This document shows positions 25,084-32,796 of a stretch of 64,000 nucleotides of DNA, piece by piece. Source of the stretch: a virus. The number at the start of each line of letters is the position of its first letter. The stretch's first letter is position 1. Made by a program: the position numbers and the translations under genes. The stretch lies in the IMG/VR virus record IMGVR_UViG_3300046782_000843, one strand, 5' to 3'. Under the pieces are notes generated by a model. It was not told the origin of the DNA, searched no databases, and was given only the letters and a program-made list of their open reading frames with translations.

Positions 25084-25568
25084 GCCGCGCCCGCATCCCG
25101 CGCCGCGTCAAGCACGCCCAGCAGCCGGGCCGCACGGCCGCTCGCCTGCGCCACTGGAAGCTGGTGCGCCGCTACTACCTACGCCTCTCGGCCGCGGTCA
25201 AGCGCGTCGAGGTGCAGGGCTACCTGGCCCGCCTGTGGGCGATGCCGCTGCTCTATCGCCTCGACGGCCACACGCCGGTCGCCGACCAGGACCCACTGGC
25301 CTGGGCGGCCTGGATCGAGCGACCCGACCGGCCCGAGCAGCAGCGCGTCGGGCTCGACCAGGTCGGGCCGTATCAGGTCTCGACCGTGTTCATCGGCCAC
25401 AACCTGCAATGGCACCCTGACGCCCCGCCGCTGGTCTTCGAGACGATGGTCTTCACCGCTGACGGCGCGCCTGCGCACGAGCAGCCCACCCAGCGCTACA
25501 GCACCTGGGAGGAGGCGGCGCAGGGCCACGCCGACCTCGTCGCCCAGCTACAGAGGGAGCTGTCATGA
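25080..25568 (+). CDS. hypothetical early protein
   Basis: 162 aa from ATG 25080 (MSRARIPRRV). ATGA coupling. Confidence 0.65.
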   Translation: MSRARIPRRVKHAQQPGRTAARLRHWKLVRRYYLRLSAAVKRVEVQGYLARLWAMPLLYRLDGHTPVADQDPLAWAAWIERPDRPEQQRVGLDQVGPYQVSTVFIGHNLQWHPDAPPLVFETMVFTADGAPAHEQPTQRYSTWEEAAQGHADLVAQLQRELS

Positions 25569-25708
25569 AACCAGACCGCCTGCGTGTCCGCGACCACGAC
25601 CACATCCACCCCGACGCGGAAGGCGCGGGCTGCCTCATCCTGCTGCTGGCGGGGGCTGTCGTGGTCGGCGGCCTGCTCGCGCTGGCGTCTTTCTGGCTGG
25701 CCCGCTGA
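25565..25708 (+). CDS. 47-aa membrane peptide
   Basis: MKPDRLRVRDHDHIHPDAEGAGCLILLLAGAVVVGGLLALASFWLAR. ATGA coupling. Confidence 0.45.
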   Translation: MKPDRLRVRDHDHIHPDAEGAGCLILLLAGAVVVGGLLALASFWLAR

Positions 25709-25799
25709 GGCCGCATGCCGCAAGGCCGCATGCCGCAAGCCCACAGGGGCACAGGTACACAGGGGGCGACCGTACAGGGGGCGACCGTACGTACCTGTG
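25709..25799 (+). repeat. two tandem 15-mers enclosed by an inverted repeat
   Basis: GGCCGCATGCCGCAA is repeated at 25709-25738 and ACAGGGGGCGACCGT at 25759-25788. CACAGGTAC (25750-25758) pairs with GTACCTGTG (25791-25799). Confidence 0.8.
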
Positions 25800-25862
25800 T
25801 ACCTGCGGTACATAGCGCCGACCATCGCGTAACTAACCCAGCTCACCTCACCGGAGCCCGTC

Positions 25863-26303
25863 ATGCCGAAGGTGCCGAACCTGCCGCCTCTCGACCGCGT
25901 CTTCGCCCACATCGAGCGCTTCAGCTGCGCGTGCCCGGCCTGTGGGCAGGCGATCTCCTCCGACTACGACCACAACCGGCACGGCAGCAGCCGCACGGCC
26001 ATCAAGAACCGCATGACCTGGAACCCGTTCACCCAGCGGCTGCGCTGCCCGGGATGCCGCGCCTGCTTCGTGGTCGGGCTGCTGCTGTACCCAGCGGGGA
26101 TGCGCGCAGGCCGCCAGGAGCTGACCCCGCCCGATACCCAGCCGACGCGGGAGGAGCGCATGGCGCTGCGCCGCCTCGGGGGCGCCTGGGTGATGCCTGC
26201 CTACGAGCCGAAGGCGCCCGTCAACGTGGCGGTCGAGAGCCCGTGCGTCTGCCCGCCCAGGTCCTGGGACGCGGGCTGTCCGGTACATGGGTTCCCCGTG
26301 TAG
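25863..26303 (+). CDS. hypothetical protein with two CxxC pairs
   Basis: 146 aa. Contains CACPACG and RCPGCRAC. Confidence 0.6.
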   Translation: MPKVPNLPPLDRVFAHIERFSCACPACGQAISSDYDHNRHGSSRTAIKNRMTWNPFTQRLRCPGCRACFVVGLLLYPAGMRAGRQELTPPDTQPTREERMALRRLGGAWVMPAYEPKAPVNVAVESPCVCPPRSWDAGCPVHGFPV

Positions 26304-26342
26304 CCCGCGTAGGGGGTAAAAGAGAGAGACTTTCTGGCTAAC

Positions 26343-26493
26343 TTGTACCAGTACAACAGGTTATCTGGTCCCGCATGTACTGGGACTCTGTGGGACTATG
26401 GGACTTTGAAGCCCCAAAGTCCCACTTCTAGAAAAACATGGGACTTTTAATATCTCTTGTACGTACAAGGGGTTGGGTGCCATAGTCCCACAG
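26343..26493. repeat. TGGGACT iterons plus TTGTAC/GTACAA palindromes (candidate origin)
   Basis: TGGGACT occurs at 26381, 26391, 26399 and 26439, with inverted copies at 26418 and 26484. The 14-bp CTGTGGGACTATGG (26388-26401) is inverted at 26480-26493. Palindromes occur at 26343-26356 and 26456-26469. An AT-rich stretch spans 26428-26460. Confidence 0.8.
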
Positions 26494-26534
26494 ATCACGT
26501 CCCCCAGGAAAAGCCGTATGGGTTGCCCATAGAG

Positions 26535-27521
26535 TCAGTGCAGGATGACCCGCGCGTAGACGCCGTGCCGCACCTTGACGATCCGGTCCCGTTCAAGGAG
26601 CGTCTCCAGCACCCGGTAGAGCGTGGTCTTGCTGACCGGGATGCCCCCCGCCAGCTCGCGCAGCGCGGCCAGCTCGATCTCGCTGCCGTCCTCGGGGAAG
26701 AGCGCCAGCACGCGCGTGCAGTTGCCCTGGTCCGCGCCGCTGTAGGGCACGAACAGCCCCTGCTCGTCGCGCTCCAAGTAGAACGTCTCCGCTGGGCTGG
26801 TGTGGGGATGCCAGAGGAAGGCGTAGTACGGCTTGGCGATCTCCTCGGGGCTGGCCAGGTACATCTGGGTGTCGGCGAACCCGGCGATGGCGGTTGAGCC
26901 CAGCAGCTGGTCCTGCAGGCGCAGGTAGCGCTCGCGCTTGTCGGCCTTGAGCTTGGCCGAGTGCGCCGTGGCGAGGATCGTCCAGGTGCGGTCGCGCAGC
27001 ATGGCGCGGATCTCGTGGCAGGCGACGGCGCACGAATCGTAATCATTCAAATTGCCGCCCAAGAACAAGCCGATCGGGTCGACCAGGAGGAGGCTGTGCT
27101 TGGGCAGCGCCAGGCGGTCGGCCATCTCCATGAGCCTGGCCGTGCGCTCGAACTTGCGGCGCAAGGTCTTCGGGTCGAAGTGCCGGTCGTCGACCATCGC
27201 GTAGTGGCGGATGTCCGGGTAGCCTGCCCGGTGGAACCACTCGCCCGCGCCACGGCTCCAGCTGCGGTCGGCGGCGACGATGCCGATCGCCTCGACCGGG
27301 TTGGGTTGATGGCCGAAGATCGGCAGGCCGTGCTTGAGCGCGTGCATCATGCCAGCCAGCAGCGCCGTCTTGCCGACGTTGGGCCCGCCTGCGAGGAGTG
27401 AGATCCCACCCGCCGGGATGATCCTGGGGATGGGGTCGATGCGCTCGTCAGGGTAGTCGTCGGTGAGGAGAATGGTCGGGGCAGACAGGGCTTGACTTCC
27501 AGCGCGACGTGTGGCAGACAT
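26535..27521 (-). CDS. RepA/AAA_25-like RecA-fold ATPase with C-terminal winged helix
   Basis: 328 aa. Walker A is GGPNVGKT and Walker B is SLLLVDPIG. The C-terminal LYRVLETLLERDRIVKV is wHTH-like. AGGAGG RBS. Confidence 0.7.
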   Translation of the reverse strand: MSATRRAGSQALSAPTILLTDDYPDERIDPIPRIIPAGGISLLAGGPNVGKTALLAGMMHALKHGLPIFGHQPNPVEAIGIVAADRSWSRGAGEWFHRAGYPDIRHYAMVDDRHFDPKTLRRKFERTARLMEMADRLALPKHSLLLVDPIGLFLGGNLNDYDSCAVACHEIRAMLRDRTWTILATAHSAKLKADKRERYLRLQDQLLGSTAIAGFADTQMYLASPEEIAKPYYAFLWHPHTSPAETFYLERDEQGLFVPYSGADQGNCTRVLALFPEDGSEIELAALRELAGGIPVSKTTLYRVLETLLERDRIVKVRHGVYARVILH

Positions 27522-27617
27522 GAAGACCTCCTCTGTTGTTCCAGCCTAGATGCTCTGGCGACCCTCCTGCTGTTGGGGCGAGGGGGTCGCCAACTCACAC
27601 CGGTTGGGGAAGCCCCG

Positions 27618-27647
27618 CTTCTATCGCAGCGCGTCCGGCCAGATCAA
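27618..27647 (-). promoter_or_regulatory. possible leftward promoter for the ATPase gene
   Basis: On the minus strand: TTGATC, 18-nt spacer, TAGAAG. Confidence 0.35.
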
Positions 27648-27682
27648 GCCTCCCCCCAGGTGGTGACGCCCTCGTGCGACAC

Positions 27683-27696
27683 CCCTAGATCTAGGG
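27683..27696. promoter_or_regulatory. 14-bp perfect palindrome CCCTAGATCTAGGG
   Basis: Lies in the divergent intergenic region, 30 nt upstream of the -35 of P4. Confidence 0.6.
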
Positions 27697-27726
27697 ACGG
27701 TTTGCACAACAAAACAATCCCACAAC

Positions 27727-27756
27727 TTGACACGGCGGGAGCCGCTGGGCTAGGGT
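27727..27756 (+). promoter_or_regulatory. promoter P4
   Basis: TTGACA (27727-27732), 18-nt spacer, TAGGGT (27751-27756). Leader to ATG 27800 is about 40 nt. Confidence 0.55.
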
Positions 27757-27799
27757 GCCGTCGTGAAAACGACCAGACGATGGAAGGGAGCCGACACCG

Positions 27800-28117
27800 A
27801 TGCTCAGTGAGTTCTCGCAGATCGACGACCTCGACAAACCGATTCGGGACGCCGCCGTGCGCCCCGGGCCCGTGCGGATGCGGGTGCAGCCGATGATCAT
27901 GGCGCCGAACGGCCAGTATCGCAGTTGGCGCGGCGTGAGCTGGACCATGGTGTGCGAGTCCGCCGCCGAGGCCCTCGCGGCCCGCGACGCGCTGCGCACG
28001 TTCTTCGAGACGCTCACCCGGTGCGGCCCCCAGCAAGTGACTCGACGCCTGCAGGCCATGCCGACGACGACGACCACCACCACCACGAAGACGAAGAAGG
28101 AGGGCAGACGCGTATGA
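27800..28117 (+). CDS. hypothetical protein
   Basis: 105 aa with GGGAG RBS and a poly-Thr tail. Confidence 0.6.
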   Translation: MLSEFSQIDDLDKPIRDAAVRPGPVRMRVQPMIMAPNGQYRSWRGVSWTMVCESAAEALAARDALRTFFETLTRCGPQQVTRRLQAMPTTTTTTTTKTKKEGRRV

Positions 28118-28617
28118 ATCTCAGCACCTCGATCCTAGGCAGCACAGCCGTCGAGCAGTTGCAGAAAACCGCTCGCGCGGCGGTGGTCGAGTTCGGGAGT
28201 GACAAGCTCACGCGGGGCGACCTGGCGCGCGTGGGCTGCTACAACTTCATGGCGGCCAAGAACCTCAGCGCGCGGGTCAACGCGGCGGTCACGGTGAAGA
28301 GCCTCAAGCAGCTGTATGACGAGGTGCCCTGGACGGCGCTGGCGCTGCCGAGGGTCGGGACGGTGAGCCTGGCGGTGCTGGGCGCGTGCTTCGAGGCCAA
28401 GGGGATCGGGGGGACCGAGCCGCTGGAGGCCTACGTGAAGAAGCACAACGAGCCGGACCAGGCGCTGGTGACCTGGACGACGCTGAAACACCACGAGGAG
28501 CAGGAGCAGGCCGAGGCGCGCAAGGCCGCGAAGAAGCGCAAGGGGCAGCGGCGGGACCAGGCCCACAAGCTACGCGTTGAGCGCTTCGAGGCACGGGCCG
28601 CAGGCGGCGGCGCATGA
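28114..28617 (+). CDS. hypothetical protein with basic C-terminal tail
   Basis: 167 aa from ATG 28114 (MNLSTSILG). ATGA coupling. Confidence 0.65.
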   Translation: MNLSTSILGSTAVEQLQKTARAAVVEFGSDKLTRGDLARVGCYNFMAAKNLSARVNAAVTVKSLKQLYDEVPWTALALPRVGTVSLAVLGACFEAKGIGGTEPLEAYVKKHNEPDQALVTWTTLKHHEEQEQAEARKAAKKRKGQRRDQAHKLRVERFEARAAGGGA

Positions 28618-28991
28618 GCCTGGTCGACCTAGAGTGGCTGGCGAAGCTCACCCCCGAGGGCGAGGGCACCGTGGTGCTGCGCGCGGCGGTCTGCCGACAG
28701 CTGGTCGCCGAGCTGAAGGAACTGCGCCGCATCGCCTATGCCGCGGTACTAGAGCCCACGCCGGAAACTACCCCCAGCCTGACCGACGAGGACCGCGAGG
28801 CGCTCGCCACGACTCGGGATGCGCTCGCGTTGGATGACTCTCGCCTCTTCGCGCAGCTCGTGCATGGCTACTATCGCGACGCAGACCGCGCCGACCGCAC
28901 CCCGCGGCTATTCCTGTACTGGCATATCGGCCTACTGGCCGGGATGTGCCTGCGGGTGAACGCCGCCCCATCCACCCCCACCACCCACTGA
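28614..28991 (+). CDS. hypothetical protein
   Basis: 125 aa. ATGA coupling. Confidence 0.65.
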   Translation: MSLVDLEWLAKLTPEGEGTVVLRAAVCRQLVAELKELRRIAYAAVLEPTPETTPSLTDEDREALATTRDALALDDSRLFAQLVHGYYRDADRADRTPRLFLYWHIGLLAGMCLRVNAAPSTPTTH

Positions 28992-29005
28992 AGGAGACGA
29001 CGACG

Positions 29006-29716
29006 ATGCCGACAACACAGCAGATGATCGCGCGGGCCGAAGACCTGGAGCGCCGGGCCCAGGCGCTCCGCCTCGCGGCGGCGGAGATGACCGACCAGGC
29101 GGCGAGTAACAAGGCGCCGCTGTTCCCAGGCGCGCTCGACCAGGCCATCGCCCTGCGCAAGCAGCAGCGCGCCACAACCAACGGGCACCAGAATGGCGCA
29201 GGACCGGCCCAGGAGGCTGCTGGCGGGGCGATCGGCGGGGAAGTCGACCGCGAGGCCCTGATCCGCACCACGCTCGCAGACGGGCCGCTCTCGTCGACGC
29301 GGCTCCTGGACATCCTCGCCGAACACGGGGAGGGGATGAGCCGCAGCTGGCTGACCAAGCTCCTGGGCGACATGCGTGACGTCTACATGAGCGGGCACGG
29401 CCACAGCGCCGTCTGGCGCCTGCGAGTCACGCGGGGACCACGCAAGAAGACCGCCCCGAAGGCACATGCGCCGGAGCCCACGGTCACGCCCCGCCACAAG
29501 AAGGCGTCCAAGAAGCACTACTCCCAGGAGATCAAGGCGCAGCGTGCGGCCTCAGCCGCGCTGCTCGCCCGCTTCAACACCGAGAGCGCCCTGACGCCGC
29601 TGAACGTCGGCGTGACCGCCGCCGAGATGCGCGCCATCCCGCCGCTGTCGCGCTACGGCTACATCAAGCGCAAGGGCGACGGCTACCTGCGCACCGCCAA
29701 GGTGTACACCGCGTAA
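29006..29716 (+). CDS. hypothetical protein, possible winged-helix domains
   Basis: 236 aa from ATG 29006. RBS is GAAGGAGACGACGACG. Confidence 0.65.
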   Translation: MPTTQQMIARAEDLERRAQALRLAAAEMTDQAASNKAPLFPGALDQAIALRKQQRATTNGHQNGAGPAQEAAGGAIGGEVDREALIRTTLADGPLSSTRLLDILAEHGEGMSRSWLTKLLGDMRDVYMSGHGHSAVWRLRVTRGPRKKTAPKAHAPEPTVTPRHKKASKKHYSQEIKAQRAASAALLARFNTESALTPLNVGVTAAEMRAIPPLSRYGYIKRKGDGYLRTAKVYTA

Positions 29717-29894
29717 CGCGACCCGCCTACAGTGAACTACTGACGAAAGTCAGGCGCACCAGAGGGAAACCCTCGCCGAGGCGTGTGTCGTTCCCGCGCC
29801 TCGGAGCCGCCTTCTGGCCCCTATTTAGCCCCCCGAATGGCCCGGCAGCCTGCCCCACCCGACCCCATGCCCTAACTTGCACAGAGAAAGTGCG

Positions 29895-29993
29895 TTGTCA
29901 GGGGATCCCCGACAGCCAGTATCACCCCTGGTGATGAAAAATATGACCTGGTGTGATAGCTCTACCGCACCCGGCTTATGACCCCTAGTCATA
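29895..29993 (+). promoter_or_regulatory. operator cluster: three related 17-bp sites plus GGGGATCCCC palindrome
   Basis: O1 is TATCACCCCTGGTGATG (29920-29936), O3 is TATGACCTGGTGTGATA (29942-29958), and O2 is TATGACCCCTAGTCATA (29977-29993). TTGTCA (29895-29900) lies 19 nt before TATCAC, and GGGGATCCCC lies in that spacer. Confidence 0.6.
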
Positions 29994-30135
29994 GGCGAAA
30001 GTCCACGCCGCTTAGCGTCTCCTAGCGGCCCTGGACGCACTCGGGCGACAGGTCGGCATGGGTCGACGCGGTTCACTTGACCTCGGTCCCGGCGGGGGGC
30101 AGACTCGCCCCTCGCGCTTGACGGGAGGACGGCTG

Positions 30136-30447
30136 GTGCCCACACGACCCCCGACGACCCTCCGCTCCGCGCGTCTCGCCAGAAAGTGGTCACAGGCCAC
30201 CCTGGCGAGCAAGCTCGGCGTCACCCAGAGCACCATCGCGATGTATGAGAAGGGCACTCGCAAGCCCGGTCTCGACGTCGCGACCGCGATCGAGGACCTG
30301 CTGGGCGTGGCCCCCAATAGCTTTGTCCGGCGGCGGCGGCGGCGTTCGACCACCACCACGAAGACGCAGACCAGGACGACGACGGAGGCGCAGCATGTCC
30401 GACGAGACGACCCCGACGACGACACCGACCCTGGCGCCAACCTCTAG
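30136..30447 (+). CDS. Xre-family helix-turn-helix regulator
   Basis: LRSARLARKWSQATLASKLGVTQSTIAMYEKGTRKPGLDVATAIEDLLGV. I prefer GTG 30136 (GGGAGGA RBS) over ATG 30058. The 3' end overlaps the next gene by 53 nt. Confidence 0.75.
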   Translation: MPTRPPTTLRSARLARKWSQATLASKLGVTQSTIAMYEKGTRKPGLDVATAIEDLLGVAPNSFVRRRRRRSTTTTKTQTRTTTEAQHVRRDDPDDDTDPGANL

Positions 30448-31783
30448 CCCCCTCGACCTCTGGCTCACCGACCGCTCCCGCTTCAAGGTCGGCATCTCCC
30501 GCTGCCCCCGCGCGCGGTATCTCGGCTACCACGCAGGTCCGACCGGCTACGGCTTCACCGCCCGCCGCGAGGCGCTGCCACTGGTCACGGGGATCGCGGT
30601 GCATCAGATCCTCGAAGCCTGCGCCCGCATCCTGCAGCGGTTCGACCGCCTGCCCGACCTGGTCGAGATGCGCGAGATGATCGGCGCCATTACCCGCGAC
30701 TACCTGGGGCGGGTCGACGCGCGCGGCTACCGCGGCATCCTCGGCGGGCCACAAACAGAAGAGACCATCGTCGAGCAGTGCGCGCTGGTCGCGGGCCTGG
30801 CCTGGGTGCTGCGGCTGAAGTTCCTGCCCTGGCTGCACGCGCAGTACAAAGTCGTGCGGGTTGAGGAAGAACGCTTGCATATGCTAGGCGAGGGCCAGGC
30901 GATCATGCTGCGCACGGACCTCCTGGCCGAGCGGCGCAGCGGCCACAGCCTGGCCTACTTCGAGTGCAAGACCACCGGCTGGGAGTCCGAGGCCTGGGCG
31001 GAGCAGTGGGAGACCGACGCGCAGCTCGCCCTGGGCACGGTCGACGCCCGCGAGCTGTGGGGCACCGAGGTCACCGAGATCTACATCGTGGGATTGAACA
31101 AGGGCCGCAGGGTGCGTGACCGCTACACGCCGGACGACCCGCGCAAGAAGCAGCAGTCGCCGCTCTGCTACGGGTATCGCCGCCCTGGCAACCCACCCTT
31201 CGCCAGCGATGACTGGCTCCCCAGTTACGAGTGGGTCAACCCCGAGGGCGAGACCAAGCACGCCTCCAAGATGCACAAGCGGGCGGGCGTGTGGCTGCTG
31301 GAGGAGAGTGACTGGCCGACCTGGCGCGCGTATCAAGGGCAAGACCCAGACCTGACACCGGGGGAGTTCTGGACCCGGATGCTGCCGCCGAGTGTCCTCG
31401 ACAAGATCTGCTTCATCCTCGGCCCCATGAACCCGCAGGCCGAGCAGCTGAAGTCGCTGCTGCGCGGCTTCGAGGGCGAGGAGACCCGCTGGCAAGAGGC
31501 GCTCTGGACGTTGTATCAGCTGCAGCAGCTGGGGCACACCTGGTCGAGTCCGACGTTCCAGGCCGCGCTCGACCGCCTGGTGCCCTGCAGCTGGGCGTGC
31601 AGACCCTTTGGCAAGGACAATCAGTGTGAGTTCGTGCCGGTCTGCCACCGCCATAACGGGTGGGACGACCCGATGGCGAACGGCTACCAGGCGAGGCTGC
31701 CGCACCACGAGCCGGAGCGGGTGCAGGCCGTGGCGCGGGGCTTGTTACCCGAGCAGGCCGAGACGGTCGAGGAGGAGGAGTAA
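30395..31783 (+). CDS. PD-(D/E)XK nuclease, Cas4/AddB-like with Cys cluster
   Basis: 462 aa from ATG 30395. RTDLLAE...YFECKT fits D...ExK. One N-terminal Cys (ISRCPRARY) plus the C-terminal CSWACRPFGKDNQCEFVPVC resemble an Fe-S staple. Confidence 0.6.
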   Translation: MSDETTPTTTPTLAPTSSPLDLWLTDRSRFKVGISRCPRARYLGYHAGPTGYGFTARREALPLVTGIAVHQILEACARILQRFDRLPDLVEMREMIGAITRDYLGRVDARGYRGILGGPQTEETIVEQCALVAGLAWVLRLKFLPWLHAQYKVVRVEEERLHMLGEGQAIMLRTDLLAERRSGHSLAYFECKTTGWESEAWAEQWETDAQLALGTVDARELWGTEVTEIYIVGLNKGRRVRDRYTPDDPRKKQQSPLCYGYRRPGNPPFASDDWLPSYEWVNPEGETKHASKMHKRAGVWLLEESDWPTWRAYQGQDPDLTPGEFWTRMLPPSVLDKICFILGPMNPQAEQLKSLLRGFEGEETRWQEALWTLYQLQQLGHTWSSPTFQAALDRLVPCSWACRPFGKDNQCEFVPVCHRHNGWDDPMANGYQARLPHHEPERVQAVARGLLPEQAETVEEEE

Positions 31784-32007
31784 TGGCCGCACCGATACGA
31801 GACGAAGACTTCAACCGCATCGAGCGCTGGGCCACCGAGATCGTGCAGGCGGTGATCAAGTCGCCAGGCGAGCATGACGCGACGCTGCGGGTGATGCGCC
31901 TGCTCAGCGACATCCAGACGCAGGTTGCCCAGCAGACGATCGACGAGATCGGCAAGCGGCTGCACGCGGTCCCGACCACCAGCACGCCGACGAGGCGCAC
32001 GCCATGA
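31783..32007 (+). CDS. hypothetical protein
   Basis: 74 aa. TAATG coupling. Confidence 0.6.
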   Translation: MAAPIRDEDFNRIERWATEIVQAVIKSPGEHDATLRVMRLLSDIQTQVAQQTIDEIGKRLHAVPTTSTPTRRTP

Positions 32008-32594
32008 GCCCGGTCGGCGGCAGCCGTCACTACGGCGGGCCCGGCCTGGGCGACATCGGCATGTGGCGCTGCCCGAGCTGCGGCGCCGACAACGCCGGGC
32101 CGCTCACCCAGGGCTGTCAGCTGTGCGGAGCGGGGAAGCCGCTACCACCGCCGCCGCCAGCCCCAGCCCCAGCGCCTGCACCCGACCGCCGCTACGAGCC
32201 GCGCTCGACCTACGAGCTGGGCGAGCCGACTTACTCCTCCGGCTCGAATCAGGCGCAGTCACTGCCGGAGTACCAGGCCTGGGTCACTCAGCAGCCCCAC
32301 GCCACGTTGGAGGACGCCTACATGGCAGGCTACGTCGAGGGCATCGCCGCCGCCCGCCGGGCCGAGCGCCAGCCCCCAGCCCGTGAGGTTCACGCCCCCG
32401 AGGGCAAGACCTACCGCACCCTGGTCGCCGCGCTCAGCTACTTCCGCGACCAGTTCCTGGCGGGGAAGCCCGAGGAAGTCCGCACCGGCGAGTGGCTCAG
32501 CGTCGAGGAGGCCAACGCGGTGATCGCCCAGCTGCAGGAAACGCTCACTGGAGTGAGAGAGGAAGAGGACGCCCATGCCGTTCAATCACGCTGA
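32004..32594 (+). CDS. hypothetical protein with N-terminal zinc ribbon
   Basis: 196 aa. Contains WRCPSCG...CQLCG. Confidence 0.65.
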   Translation: MSPVGGSRHYGGPGLGDIGMWRCPSCGADNAGPLTQGCQLCGAGKPLPPPPPAPAPAPAPDRRYEPRSTYELGEPTYSSGSNQAQSLPEYQAWVTQQPHATLEDAYMAGYVEGIAAARRAERQPPAREVHAPEGKTYRTLVAALSYFRDQFLAGKPEEVRTGEWLSVEEANAVIAQLQETLTGVREEEDAHAVQSR

Positions 32595-32796
32595 CATCAC
32601 CGAGATCTTCACGTACCACCCGCCGACGCCGGACCAGCAGGTCGCGTACGAGAAGCTGCGCAGCGCCGCGAAGGACTTCGCCAACGCGATCATCGACCTG
32701 ACCCCGGCCTCGCCGGACCAGTCGAGCGCGCTGCGTTACCTGCGTGTGGCGGTGCATATCGCCAACGCCGCGATTGCCCTGAAGGGGAAGTACTGA
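32575..32796 (+). CDS. hypothetical small helical protein
   Basis: 73 aa (MPFNHADITEIFTYHPPTPDQQVAYEKLR). Confidence 0.65.
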   Translation: MPFNHADITEIFTYHPPTPDQQVAYEKLRSAAKDFANAIIDLTPASPDQSSALRYLRVAVHIANAAIALKGKY

